Shown: positions 17,232-27,311 of the stretch, piece after piece
How positions within the stretch are numbered: position 1 is the first letter of the stretch
How the letters are laid out: the number at the start of each line of letters is the position of its first letter
IMG/VR virus record: IMGVR_UViG_3300007643_000034
Location: 1-38,094 of that record
DNA length: 38,094 bases
From: a virus
Lineage: Duplodnaviria; Caudoviricetes
Reading direction: 5' to 3' (one strand)
Translations under genes and position numbers: made by a program
The notes under the pieces: model-generated
Databases searched by the model: none
What the model was told of the DNA's origin: nothing
What the model saw: the letters and a program-made list of their open reading frames with translations, nothing else

Positions 17232-19106
17232 TTAGTTCGCGGCTTTTCGATAGAAGCCGAGTGGGACATAGAACTGAATTGGACATTTGAGATGAGACTG
17301 CAAGTGTTTCATCCTGCCAAAACTGCTTTCATGATCTGGACAAACATCCAGAACCTTGATTGACTCACACTTCTCGCCGATTTGGGTCTCTAGAAAAGCG
17401 TATACATTTTGGGAAACAGTCCTCATCGGAAGAGGGCCTGAGCGAATTACATTTTGGGGATCGCCGATTATCACATGATGAGATGCCGAAATGTCGCCAT
17501 AGTATGAACGCTTGAGAACGTCCTGGGCCAGAGGCTGTTTCAAGATCAACGTCAGCTCGCCAGCACTGACGTAGTCAGGAAGAACAAAAACGTCGTGGCA
17601 TTTCAAGGGAAGAGATTCATGGTGGGAGACAAGCCGGACATCTGCAGGTCTGCGTTGTCGTTGGCCAAACCGGGATACCCTTCCAGTTTCAGTCGACGGT
17701 CGGGAGACGCCTAGCACTTCCGATATCGGAAGTGCAATTAGTGAGTATCCGGCTGGGTACTCTGCGTTTGACTGTATGTACAGATCAGCACTCCCCTTTG
17801 TGCAAAACGCACCTGCCAAATGCGACTGATAAAACTCGCACTCAACGAGTGAATCTGACAGCGGGAGTAATGCTGCATTGAAGCGACAGTACCTAAACAT
17901 GCAGTTTTTAAAAACTACGTTGCTTAAGTCAGCATTGTCAAACCGACAGAAATCAAACTGCACTGAGTCAAACCGTGACCCATAAAGTTCCAGCTTGCTG
18001 AAGTCTATCTGGTAAAGCCGCTGGTTTGCGATCTCACAATATGTAAAGTCGGACGACCGAAGAGGGGCTAAATCGAATGTCTGACGAAGAATCGCAAGAG
18101 CAAATACACCCTTCGCCGACTGGTAGACATTCTCCACAGACGATTGCCGAGTGAGAAGCTCAAGGAAAGTTGAGATGTCTTGGTACGATTGGTCTGAGAG
18201 TCTGACCGGGTCAAAGTGACTAGACGAAGGGCCTTCCCATGCCATTCTCGTCGATCGCGTAGCAAGTGCTTGCCTGGACTTGATTTCTGCCCTGTTGATA
18301 TGCACCGAATCCGGCATTCGTTCGTAAGTTGCCGCGAAGAAAGAGTATGCGTCCTCCTCATTAGATTTCTCTTGGACGAGCTCTGACCAAGTGCCGCCAA
18401 CGCTTCCTTTCAATGCTGCGTTAGATTCTTCAAGTTCCTCAGCGGTAGGCGGTTCAACCGACGCAGTGAATTCCATCACTTCACTACGAACGTCTCGGAG
18501 TATCTGAGTCGTGTCTGCCATTAACGACCTTCGCAATGAGACGCTTTCTAGTTCTTGTTGTGTCGCTTGGATTGCCGCTTGCTCTTGCAGTAACTGAGAC
18601 TGTGTCGCGAGTATTTCTTGCTCACGTTGCACGAGTTTATTCTGGCCCTCAATCAAAGTGTTCTGCCGAAACATTAGCATGCCTTGGATGTAAAACGCTA
18701 TTGACCCCACCAAGGCGAAAAACAAAGCCAGAATTCGGAATCTTACCACCGCCCATGTGTATATCGCCGCAAGTTCGCCGAGAGCAGTTTTGGCGGGGAT
18801 CATAGCTTCTCGAAATTGTCCCTGTCCAACTCTGTCTGCCAACTCGTAGGAAGACGTGAGAACCTGATTGAACGAGCCCGTCGCACCCTTGAAGAGCAGC
18901 TTCAATATCCTGTCGCGAAACACCACTAAGATAGAAATAAAAACTGCCAGAACGATAAGCAATTTCAACATCCACCACACAATTGCCGCAGAGCTATCTG
19001 CAAGGTAGAACAACGTTGCTATCGTGATCGGGACGCCTACGCCCATTCCGATCGAAACTCCCAAAACAAACTTCCATGGGTCATCTCTGGGAGTTTTCTT
19101 ATTCAC
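17232..19106 (-). CDS. membrane protein with coiled coil and pentapeptide repeats (moron)
   Basis: Three hydrophobic segments, a Q-rich coiled coil and pentapeptide repeats (SRFDS VQFDF CRFDN ADLSN VVFKN); antisense to the late operon. Confidence 0.8.
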   Translation of the reverse strand: MNKKTPRDDPWKFVLGVSIGMGVGVPITIATLFYLADSSAAIVWWMLKLLIVLAVFISILVVFRDRILKLLFKGATGSFNQVLTSSYELADRVGQGQFREAMIPAKTALGELAAIYTWAVVRFRILALFFALVGSIAFYIQGMLMFRQNTLIEGQNKLVQREQEILATQSQLLQEQAAIQATQQELESVSLRRSLMADTTQILRDVRSEVMEFTASVEPPTAEELEESNAALKGSVGGTWSELVQEKSNEEDAYSFFAATYERMPDSVHINRAEIKSRQALATRSTRMAWEGPSSSHFDPVRLSDQSYQDISTFLELLTRQSSVENVYQSAKGVFALAILRQTFDLAPLRSSDFTYCEIANQRLYQIDFSKLELYGSRFDSVQFDFCRFDNADLSNVVFKNCMFRYCRFNAALLPLSDSLVECEFYQSHLAGAFCTKGSADLYIQSNAEYPAGYSLIALPISEVLGVSRPSTETGRVSRFGQRQRRPADVRLVSHHESLPLKCHDVFVLPDYVSAGELTLILKQPLAQDVLKRSYYGDISASHHVIIGDPQNVIRSGPLPMRTVSQNVYAFLETQIGEKCESIKVLDVCPDHESSFGRMKHLQSHLKCPIQFYVPLGFYRKAAN

Positions 19107-19219
19107 AGTCTTCTCCTTCCTGTTTGTTGATCAGTCGATACTAAGGCCATCGCAGATTGTACTACATCTAGTACCGAACTGCGTTGCCTCAAAGCACATA
19201 GGTCTCCGATAATTCATGC

Positions 19220-21052
19220 ATGAGCGAACACAACGCCATGCAGGTGATTTCCGAAGCGATCAACGCGGTCACCCAGGATTCTCTCAATGAGTCTTGGGGC
19301 GACTTGGTGGACCGCCGTGAATATCTCTACGACACGCCAGGCTTTGGCGTTGGCGGCGGTCCCGTTTCGATTCTGTCCGATCGTTTGGACGGCAAGGATA
19401 CTCGATTATTTGAGAACGAACACGAGCTCGCCATTACTCGCGGGATCGGCCAGTTCCTGGTTGCGGAATTCCCCAGCGCGATCAATATCTTAGAGTCGCT
19501 CACCAACTACACGATCGGCACAGGGTACACCTACGAGGCGCAGGCAGAGAGCGACGACACGCCACTAGGCTTGGCCGACGCGGTACAGAAGGTGGTCGAC
19601 GTCTTCATTGAGGATAACGACTTCGCTTGCGATCTGGAAAGGGAGATCCACGAGCGAAGCCGAGAAGACGGGGAATCGGCCGTCGCTCTTCTTCCCAACG
19701 GCTGGAAAACTCAAGCTCAAATTGTTGAGTCGGCGGCGATCACGGAGCCAGCGAACACGCGACAACTTGAGGACTGGCTTGGTCTCGACGGCTACGCTTC
19801 GTCCTGGTCGTTCGGCGTCCACTCACCGGCCAACGATCCTTCCCGGCCAATCGGCTACCACGTCGTGCGAGACGAGACCGGCCGCGATTGGGACTACTAC
19901 CCGGCGGAAGACGTCGGAATCGCACACAGGGCTCGCAGCGGATTGCTGGAGCACTTCAAACGCAGCCGTCGCAACGTGAAGCGCGGCGTGAGCGAGTATT
20001 ACCAAGTCCGCAAATTCCTTAACCACGCAGACGGCCTCTTAGAGAACTCAGCACACGGCGCCAAGATCCAAGCGGCGATCGCCTATATCGTCGAGCACAG
20101 TGCAAATTACACCAAGACTCAGGTAGCCAACCACGTTGCCGGCCAAGCCACTTCCAAGCGTGTCGAGACGCCGCAGACCGGTCCTAAGACGTACCAAGAG
20201 CAGCGATTCCGACCCGGGAAAGTAGTCCACACCCCCAACGGCACGGTCTACAAGCCGGCGCCAATGGGAAGCAGCAACGCACCCAACTTCATCATTATCG
20301 AACAGGCTCTCTTGAGGTACGCCGGCCTGCGTTGGTCGATGCCGGAATACATGGTCAGCGGGGATGCGTCCAACGCGAACTACTCGTCAACTCTGGTCGC
20401 CGAATCCCCTTTTGTGAAGTCTCGCGAAGCCGACCAAATGTTCTACGTCTCACGCTTCCGCCGCATGATGTGGAAGGTGATCAAGATCGCTCACGCCGCT
20501 GGTTTCTTCGACAAGTTCGGCGTGACGTTCGACCAACTGATGCGGCTCATTCGATTGGCGGTCACACCGCCGGAAGTCGCCACCCGCAACAAGTACGAAG
20601 ACGCACAGACCAAAGAGATTGAGAAACGCAACGGCGTGCTGTCGGCCAAAACCTGGGCCAAGGAGACAAACCGGGACTACGACGAAGAACTGGAAAACGG
20701 CGTCGCTGACGAGAGTGCCACAGTGGCACAAGGCTCGAAAGGACATGACGAGCCGATACCCGGTGTCCCCACGCAGCCAACCGGCGAGTTTGGCGACCTG
20801 TCCCGTATGCAACTCAAACGGAACCGCAAGGCGATCAACGACGTACTCGGCGAACTGCAATCCAGCGACATTACGGCGGCCAGAGCGGTCGAAGAGTTGA
20901 CCATGCTCGGGATTGAGCCAGGCCGTGCGGAGAGACTCGTAGCCGACACCCAGGACGCCGACGGTCCAACCGAACCGGAGATCGCCGCGGCGTTGGAATC
21001 CATTCAAACACTTGGCGAAGCCAAAGACTTTCTGGCGGAGGTGTACCCGTAA
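19220..21052 (+). CDS. portal protein (lambda-like)
   Basis: Position after TerL; RSREDGE, RGVS and GDASNANYSS motifs. Confidence 0.85.
   Translation: MSEHNAMQVISEAINAVTQDSLNESWGDLVDRREYLYDTPGFGVGGGPVSILSDRLDGKDTRLFENEHELAITRGIGQFLVAEFPSAINILESLTNYTIGTGYTYEAQAESDDTPLGLADAVQKVVDVFIEDNDFACDLEREIHERSREDGESAVALLPNGWKTQAQIVESAAITEPANTRQLEDWLGLDGYASSWSFGVHSPANDPSRPIGYHVVRDETGRDWDYYPAEDVGIAHRARSGLLEHFKRSRRNVKRGVSEYYQVRKFLNHADGLLENSAHGAKIQAAIAYIVEHSANYTKTQVANHVAGQATSKRVETPQTGPKTYQEQRFRPGKVVHTPNGTVYKPAPMGSSNAPNFIIIEQALLRYAGLRWSMPEYMVSGDASNANYSSTLVAESPFVKSREADQMFYVSRFRRMMWKVIKIAHAAGFFDKFGVTFDQLMRLIRLAVTPPEVATRNKYEDAQTKEIEKRNGVLSAKTWAKETNRDYDEELENGVADESATVAQGSKGHDEPIPGVPTQPTGEFGDLSRMQLKRNRKAINDVLGELQSSDITAARAVEELTMLGIEPGRAERLVADTQDADGPTEPEIAAALESIQTLGEAKDFLAEVYP
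20715..20729. repeat. 15-bp palindrome copy 9 (inside portal CDS)
   Basis: GTGCCACAGTGGCAC, encoding SATVAQ. Confidence 0.95.
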
Positions 21053-21705
21053 TGGAAGTCGCCAATCGCAACGAACTGGAAGCGAGTTTCGCCAGGCGGT
21101 TTCAGCGTCTGTCAGGTCGCCACCGGCGTGAACTCAAAGAGCTAATGGGGTCGCCACCGGACCTGAACAAAGTCACCCAGGACTTCTGGGATCGAGTCAA
21201 GCGAGAGACTGAGGAAGTGTTGCTGATTATTCTGCTGCTAATCTTCGTGACGAGCGCCACCCAGCACGGCATGGCCAGGAAGGATGCTCAAAGCACCGGC
21301 CTAAAGTGGTCTGCTCGGCGATCGGCGAAGGTCTCAACAGGATACGTAAAGCACAGCCGCGAAGAACTAGCCAGGATCGGCGGAGGCTGGGAGTTTCCCT
21401 CTGCTCGATCTGCGGAAGAAGATCTCAAGCGGATCTTTGGTCCAGAGCGGTCAGGGAGGGTTGCAGCCACGGAAACGACCGATGCGGCAACCAGCGGATC
21501 AGAAGCGGGAGTGAAGGCGACGGTGGGATTCTCAGAAGACGACACTTGGTTCACACGCAGCGATGGCAAGGTCTGTGAGATCTGCCAGCCGCTGCACAAC
21601 AAACCCCGCAGCGTCTGGTCTCGGAAGTTCCCCGACGGTCCCGGCGCCGACGTTCACCCCGATTGTCGTTGTTGGATTCAGTACGCCTTAGAGAAAGCAC
21701 GTTAA
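21052..21705 (+). CDS. MuF/SPP1 gp7-like minor head protein
   Basis: RVAATET...W....DGKVCEIC...HPDCRC; follows the portal gene. Confidence 0.8.
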   Translation: MEVANRNELEASFARRFQRLSGRHRRELKELMGSPPDLNKVTQDFWDRVKRETEEVLLIILLLIFVTSATQHGMARKDAQSTGLKWSARRSAKVSTGYVKHSREELARIGGGWEFPSARSAEEDLKRIFGPERSGRVAATETTDAATSGSEAGVKATVGFSEDDTWFTRSDGKVCEICQPLHNKPRSVWSRKFPDGPGADVHPDCRCWIQYALEKAR

Positions 21706-21707
21706 AT

Positions 21708-22862
21708 ATGCCAACGTCCACCCTGTTCAAAATGCAGATCTGCGAGCGACTTTCGTCGGCGGCCAATATCGACCGGGAATCCGGCGTGATCAAAGGCGTC
21801 AAGATTCTTGGCCGCACCTCGCTCAACGGACGCACGTACTCTGATCAGGCGTTGGACGACGCCGCGCGATTGTACGAAGGCGCCAAGGTCAACCTCGACC
21901 ACCCTTCCAAGACCGACCCCCATGCCGACCGCAGCATTGCCGATCGGCTGGGTGTTCTGCGGAATATCGAACGCCGGTCAGACGGCGTGTACGGCGACCT
22001 GCACATGCTCACCTCACACCCGCTGGCGGCCATGGTTATGGAAGCCGCCGAGAAGTTCCCCGACACGCTTGGATTGTCGCAGAACGCTCACGGCCAGGTG
22101 CGCAAGGAACGCGGAGAAACAATCGTTGAGACGATTGAAGTTGTCCACAGCGTAGATCTTGTTCAGGATCCGGCGACCGTTGCCGGCCTATTTGAATCAC
22201 TGGAAAACAAGGAGCCAGCAATGGCAAAGAAGAAGCTCAAGAAGATCCTCGAATCGGCCAAAAAAGCTGGCTGCAAAACGTGGTATTTCAAGCGTCTCAC
22301 TGAAATGGTCGGCGACGAAGAAATGCAGGAAATGGACGAAATGGAAGTCGAACTTCCTGCCGAGCAGTCCGCCGAACAGTCGGTGAAAGCGGCGTTCCAA
22401 GCGGCTGTCATGGCGGTCTTCGCGGACGACTCATTATCCGCCGAGGAAACCAAGGCTCGGATCGTCAAGCTGATCGACGCCGCGGAAGAGGCCAAAGGCG
22501 GCGGCGAAGAAGTTCAGGAAATGGAAGACGACGAGGAAGTCACCGAAAGTCGCAAGACCGGGAAGAACTTTGATCCTCGCGTCGAGTCCCTACTTGAGGA
22601 AGTCCGCGATTTGAAGAGCGAGCGAGACGACGCTCTGTTGACCGAAAAGTGCCGATTGCTCCTGGAATCCAAGAACCGCGAAGCGACCGACATCCGAGTG
22701 AAGGCTCTCAAAGCCTGCGGAAGCGACGCCGAACGGAAGGAACTGCTGGAAACTTGGAGCGAGAAGAACGCCAAACCAGCGGTCAGCCGACCTGCCTATC
22801 AGGGTCTGTCGGAATCCTACGAACCGACTGACGGCAAGTCTTTCGCCGACGCCATTCGCTAA
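21708..22862 (+). CDS. prohead protease/scaffold protein
   Basis: SLNGRTYS...NLDHP...GLSQ...SVDLVQDPAT, then an acidic helical scaffold region. Confidence 0.75.
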   Translation: MPTSTLFKMQICERLSSAANIDRESGVIKGVKILGRTSLNGRTYSDQALDDAARLYEGAKVNLDHPSKTDPHADRSIADRLGVLRNIERRSDGVYGDLHMLTSHPLAAMVMEAAEKFPDTLGLSQNAHGQVRKERGETIVETIEVVHSVDLVQDPATVAGLFESLENKEPAMAKKKLKKILESAKKAGCKTWYFKRLTEMVGDEEMQEMDEMEVELPAEQSAEQSVKAAFQAAVMAVFADDSLSAEETKARIVKLIDAAEEAKGGGEEVQEMEDDEEVTESRKTGKNFDPRVESLLEEVRDLKSERDDALLTEKCRLLLESKNREATDIRVKALKACGSDAERKELLETWSEKNAKPAVSRPAYQGLSESYEPTDGKSFADAIR

Positions 22863-22900
22863 CTCGCCCCAAACTACCGACCCACCGGACCAGATACTTT

Positions 22901-22915
22901 GTGCCACAGTGGCAC
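22901..22915. repeat. 15-bp palindrome copy 10
   Basis: GTGCCACAGTGGCAC, intergenic. Confidence 0.95.
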
Positions 22916-22941
22916 TAATTCACACACGGAGACCTTGACCA

Positions 22942-23661
22942 ATGAAGTTAATCAACCTTCCCGACGAAGCTCACCAGTTGCGTTTGACGCATGGGTTCTT
23001 CGAGGACTTCGATCACTTCGTGGACGGTGATCGATGGACCATGGTAGACGCCGACTCTGGCGCCTCGGTGGCCGAAGACGCTGACGGCGTTGGCGGCGTT
23101 GTGCTGCTCACGACCGGCGCCACCGACAACAACGAAGCGGTCCTGGCGACGTCCAATGAACTGTTCAAGTTCGCTTCCGATAAGCCACTCGTCGCCGAAG
23201 CTCGCGTCCAATACGCCGAGTCCAACACCGACGACGCCAACGTGTTGTTCGGTGTGATGGACGCGATTGGAGCCAACTCCTTGCAAGATGGCGGTGCGGG
23301 ACCCAAAGCTTCCTACTCGGGCGCTGTCTTCTTCAAAGCCGACGGCGACACCGTTTGGTCGGTCGAGAGTAGCTTGGCTGGCGCCCAGACCACGACGCAA
23401 TTAACTGCGACGAACAGCCTTGATGGCGCCGCTAAAACCGCCGGTGGATCTTCGTACCAGACGCTCCGTATTGAGGTGCAACCTCTCGCCGGAAGCGTGG
23501 CCGACATCATGTTCTACATCGACGAGATTCTGGTCGCCAAACACAAAGGCGTGAGCATCACCAGTGCGACCGAAATGATGGTTGGCGTGGCGGCGAAGGC
23601 TGGCAGCGCCAACAGTGAAGTGGTCAGCGTCGATTACATTTCCGCGTACCAGAAGCGTTAA
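22942..23661 (+). CDS. putative head decoration / structural protein
   Basis: Beta-rich A/S/T/G composition; lies between scaffold and capsid genes. Confidence 0.55.
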   Translation: MKLINLPDEAHQLRLTHGFFEDFDHFVDGDRWTMVDADSGASVAEDADGVGGVVLLTTGATDNNEAVLATSNELFKFASDKPLVAEARVQYAESNTDDANVLFGVMDAIGANSLQDGGAGPKASYSGAVFFKADGDTVWSVESSLAGAQTTTQLTATNSLDGAAKTAGGSSYQTLRIEVQPLAGSVADIMFYIDEILVAKHKGVSITSATEMMVGVAAKAGSANSEVVSVDYISAYQKR

Positions 23662-23810
23662 TCGAGAACGTTTAACGCATGAAAAAGCGGCGACTCTCGC
23701 ACCAACGAGAACCGCCGCCTCACAGAAACCGCAGCGTTTGCCGTGGCTCCCATACCACTCGCCATTGTGGCAGACGCCTCACCTACACACAACTTTTGAG
23801 GAGTTTGACC

Positions 23811-25013
23811 ATGGTAGCTATCGTCCCTGTAAAGCGTCGTCGGGCGCAGAACCTGCGACGCCTCTTTGAAGCGGCCAAGCGAGACCGCCGTCCTGATCGG
23901 TTCTTCGCTGACCTGCAGGAGGGTCTGACCGAGAAGCACATCGACGTCGGTCGGGATCACTCGATCCGATACCTGTTCGAGGAATTTGTTGAAGACGGCC
24001 ATGAGTTGGTCGAGACGTTCAACCCTCGCAACCGTGGCTCGGTTCACATCGTGGAAGCGGCCGACGTAAGCACCGCCGACTTCGCCAACATCACCGGCCA
24101 GATCGTGTACAGCCGCGTGCTCGATTCGTTCGAGAATCCGCAGTTCCTCTGGTCGCGTTTGGTCGAAACGATCCCCACCGAATTCGACGGTGAGAAGATC
24201 CCCGGTATCGGCGAGATCGGCGACCAAGCCGAATCGATCATGGAAGGCGAGAACTACCCGCTCGCTGGCGTGTCCGAAGAATGGGTCACCACGCCTGAGA
24301 CCACCAAGCGTGGTTTGATTGTTCCGGTGACCAAGGAAGCGATCTTCTTCGACCGCACTGGTCTAGTGCTTCGCCGCGCTGGCCAAGTCGGTCACTCGCT
24401 CGGCCTCAACAAAGAGAAGCGGATTCTCGACGTCGTGCTTGGCATCACCACCACGTACCGCCGCAACGGTGGCGCCGCACAAGCGACCTACGGCGACAGT
24501 CACAGCCAAGGTGACTTCGACAATCTGGTTGCATCCAATGCTCTGGTCGATTGGACCGACATCGAAGCGGCTATTCTCGCGTTCTCGGCGATCACCGATC
24601 CGAACACGGGCGAGCCAATCGACGTCATGCCGAACATGGTAATTGTTCCCCCGGCTCTGCTGATGACCGCACGGCGAATTCTCAACGCCACGCAGATTCA
24701 GTACGGTCCCGGCGGTTCCACCACCAACGCTACGGTGGCGACGTCCAACAGTCCTGTCGCCGGCATGTTCGGGCCCGACTCGATCGCCAGCAGCCAGTAC
24801 GTGAAGAACCGCACTTCCAGCGACACGACCTGGTTCATCGGCGAGCCTCAACGAGCGTTCGGGTACATGGAGAACTGGCCGATCACGGTGATCCAGGCTC
24901 CCGACAACAGCCACGACGAATTCCACCGCGACATTGTGGCGCAGTACAAGTCGTCCGAACGTGGCGCCGCCGCAGTTCTCGAACCTCGCCGCATGATCAA
25001 ATGCACCGGCTAG
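23811..25013 (+). CDS. major capsid protein (HK97 fold, Mu gpT-like)
   Basis: GAGGAG RBS, ATG at 23811; EGENYP...KRGLIVPVTKEAIFFD...IVPPAL. Confidence 0.85.
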   Translation: MVAIVPVKRRRAQNLRRLFEAAKRDRRPDRFFADLQEGLTEKHIDVGRDHSIRYLFEEFVEDGHELVETFNPRNRGSVHIVEAADVSTADFANITGQIVYSRVLDSFENPQFLWSRLVETIPTEFDGEKIPGIGEIGDQAESIMEGENYPLAGVSEEWVTTPETTKRGLIVPVTKEAIFFDRTGLVLRRAGQVGHSLGLNKEKRILDVVLGITTTYRRNGGAAQATYGDSHSQGDFDNLVASNALVDWTDIEAAILAFSAITDPNTGEPIDVMPNMVIVPPALLMTARRILNATQIQYGPGGSTTNATVATSNSPVAGMFGPDSIASSQYVKNRTSSDTTWFIGEPQRAFGYMENWPITVIQAPDNSHDEFHRDIVAQYKSSERGAAAVLEPRRMIKCTG

Positions 25014-25107
25014 GCGTTTAGCCGGTCGCAAGATCTGCAAGACGGAAGTTCCCCGCCGGTTTGGATCGCCAAGCCGGCTACTCACACCCAAGAGAGCGAA
25101 TAAACAC

Positions 25108-25578
25108 ATGGCCAATTCCAACAAGCCAAACCAACCCGTCGACCAAGAGAAGGAAGCGTTGCAGAAGGAACTCGCGCGGCTGCAATCGGAAAACGATCAA
25201 CTCAAAGCCGAGAATGCACACTTGGCCGACGGACCCACGATGATGCCGGCGAACGGTTCCGATATTGCTTTGCAGACCTCGACCAAAGGAAAGCTTTGGC
25301 GATTCGAGGTTGCAGGCCGAACGTCGGTCAAAGGCAAGCCAGTCCAACTTTCCAAAATGGAAATCGAAGCCGTCGACGAGTCGGAAGCCAAGCGGCTTTA
25401 CACCCTCTTGGAAGATCGACCAGACGGCAGTCGCGGTCAACGTAACCGTCCGCTCAACCCGTCCACGCACTCGATCAGCGTCGTCTGCCTGGACGAGAAG
25501 GAACGCAAGGCGGCGATCCGCGGCCAGTACAAGACGGGTGGCGTTCCAGGCGACTACATGCCGGCCGGCGCCAAGTAG
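25108..25578 (+). CDS. hypothetical protein (head region)
   Basis: In operon; N-terminal coiled coil. Confidence 0.65.
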   Translation: MANSNKPNQPVDQEKEALQKELARLQSENDQLKAENAHLADGPTMMPANGSDIALQTSTKGKLWRFEVAGRTSVKGKPVQLSKMEIEAVDESEAKRLYTLLEDRPDGSRGQRNRPLNPSTHSISVVCLDEKERKAAIRGQYKTGGVPGDYMPAGAK

Positions 25579-25603
25579 TAACTAATTTCTGATCGCCAAG
25601 TTT

Positions 25604-25618
25604 GTGCCACAGTGGCAC
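25604..25618. repeat. 15-bp palindrome copy 11
   Basis: GTGCCACAGTGGCAC, intergenic. Confidence 0.95.
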
Positions 25619-25648
25619 AGAATGAAGACTCAACCCTGTGAGGAACCC

Positions 25649-25969
25649 ATGGCCAAAAAGAAAGCAGCCACGAAAAAGGGCGTTGAACCAACGTCTGACC
25701 CAGCGTCTGACCCAACGTCCGACGAAGCGATTGAAGCGGTGAAGTCCAAGGTCGCTGGTCATCTCGACCGACCGTGGTACCTGGTGTCCGCCGACGATCT
25801 ATCGCCGATCAAAGTGCAAGCGGTCGACGCTTCAGACGCGATTCGGGTCTACCGCGAGAACCTCAACCTCACGACGCGACACCACTGCCGCAAGTACAAA
25901 GTCGAACGGGTCAAACCGGAAGACGAACCCAAGGCCGAAGAGGTCGAGGAAGCCGAAACCTCAGCGTAG
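25649..25969 (+). CDS. hypothetical protein
   Basis: GAGGA RBS, ATG at 25649; internal P(T/A)SD x3. Confidence 0.65.
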   Translation: MAKKKAATKKGVEPTSDPASDPTSDEAIEAVKSKVAGHLDRPWYLVSADDLSPIKVQAVDASDAIRVYRENLNLTTRHHCRKYKVERVKPEDEPKAEEVEEAETSA

Positions 25970-25970
25970 T

Positions 25971-26010
25971 CAAACGCCGATCAAACGCTGACCAAACGCT
26001 AACCAAACGG
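25971..26010 (+). repeat. 11-bp-period intergenic tandem repeat
   Basis: CAAACGCCGAT CAAACGCTGAC CAAACGCTAAC CAAACGG. Confidence 0.8.
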
Positions 26011-26017
26011 CCTCACC

Positions 26018-26275
26018 ATGACCTGGCTAACTGACCTGAAAACCCGTCGCGACGCGATTACCGCCGAACTGGCTGCGCTCAGTAGCACTGCCGCCGGCGG
26101 CAAGCCTAATGCGTCCGGCGGCGATCAGGTTGACCACGTTGGGTACAAGAAGGGTCTCTACGAAGAGTTGCGGCAGATCAATGCGGCGATCAAAGAAGCG
26201 GCTGAAACTGCCGCAGCGGAATCAGCTGCGGACGACGGACCGTATGAGATCGAGATCTACGGGACGGACTACTAA
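26018..26275 (+). CDS. head-tail joining protein (gpW-like)
   Basis: Small helix-hairpin-helix-like protein in the neck position. Confidence 0.5.
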   Translation: MTWLTDLKTRRDAITAELAALSSTAAGGKPNASGGDQVDHVGYKKGLYEELRQINAAIKEAAETAAAESAADDGPYEIEIYGTDY

Positions 26276-26610
26276 TGACCAGCCGACCAGCCGGCTACAC
26301 CCTGTACGCCAACGATTATCTGTACATCGACGGCGTGGAGGATCTGACCGTTGTGTCGGCCGACGGCAACACGACCGCCGCATCGGCCAAGGGAAGGCGA
26401 GACGATCTCGACAAGCTGGAAGCGTCAGGGTCTATCATTGAGGTATCGAGCGAGGATCTGGTGTTTGTTCTGTACGACACAACTCTGGACGGTTACGAGC
26501 CAACCGGAAGAGCGAAGATCACCGCCGACGGCGTGAACTATCGCGTGCGAGCGGCGCGCAGCATGAAGTACGGTACGCAATGGCGGTGCATTTGTCGGGA
26601 AGAGGTGTAG
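26275..26610 (+). CDS. head closure protein (gpFII-like)
   Basis: Size, position and C-terminal ITADGVNYRV...WRCIC. Confidence 0.55.
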   Translation: MTSRPAGYTLYANDYLYIDGVEDLTVVSADGNTTAASAKGRRDDLDKLEASGSIIEVSSEDLVFVLYDTTLDGYEPTGRAKITADGVNYRVRAARSMKYGTQWRCICREEV

Positions 26611-26611
26611 C

Positions 26612-27076
26612 GTGGCTTCGACCTACAAAGACATTCTGGACGCCGTTCAGTCGACGATTCAAGGTCTCGATTTGACGGGAGTTGCAGACGCCAACGTGGT
26701 GATCGGCAAGGTGCCTGTCGCCGACAAGAACCAAGGCGATCTGTTCAGCAGCTTGCCTGCGGTTTTGGTGGCGCCGTTCGGAACGAAGCAATCGCCACCC
26801 AACGCGGGAACCAACGCCTCGGACGACATCACCTACCCGGTGCTGGTCGCCACACTGGAAGCCAGCAACCAAAGCCAGACGTCAAACCTTGACCGCGGCT
26901 TGCAGTGGCACGAAGACATCATGGACGCCTTTATCAGCAAGCGACTATCCGGCGTGGCCACCGTTTGGAACTGCATTATCGACCCGCGCGACGTCTTTGA
27001 CCGTGGCATGTTCGCTCGGAACCTGGACGTCGGCGGCATGATCCTGCGGTTTGTGAGCCGGGAAGTGAGAAGCTAA
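26612..27076 (+). CDS. tail terminator/completion protein
   Basis: Size, position and LPAVLV motif. Confidence 0.55.
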   Translation: MASTYKDILDAVQSTIQGLDLTGVADANVVIGKVPVADKNQGDLFSSLPAVLVAPFGTKQSPPNAGTNASDDITYPVLVATLEASNQSQTSNLDRGLQWHEDIMDAFISKRLSGVATVWNCIIDPRDVFDRGMFARNLDVGGMILRFVSREVRS

Positions 27077-27080
27077 CACG

Positions 27081-27311
27081 ATGCAATACTTCTTGGTTCA
27101 TTGGGAGGATTCACACGGCGACGGTTCGTGGTGCAATCCTGAAGACGTAGACGACTGGAGTCTCGGTATTACATCCATCGGCATTCTGGTTTCCGAAGAC
27201 GACCAATCCATAACGCTATGCACAAGTAAGAGTGACGGCGGCCAAGTTCAAGGGTGCATCAAAATCCCGAAATCCTGCATCAAAAAACAATGGGAGGTTG
27301 ATCTCTCGTGA
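27081..27311 (+). CDS. small hypothetical phage protein
   Basis: LVHWEDS...SW...SIGILV...IPKSCI; fits the operon. Confidence 0.6.
   Translation: MQYFLVHWEDSHGDGSWCNPEDVDDWSLGITSIGILVSEDDQSITLCTSKSDGGQVQGCIKIPKSCIKKQWEVDLS

Noticed and set aside
23679-23810. N-terminal 44 codons of the ORF-track capsid protein
   Set aside because: The strong RBS precedes ATG 23811, and the upstream part looks like a structured leader.
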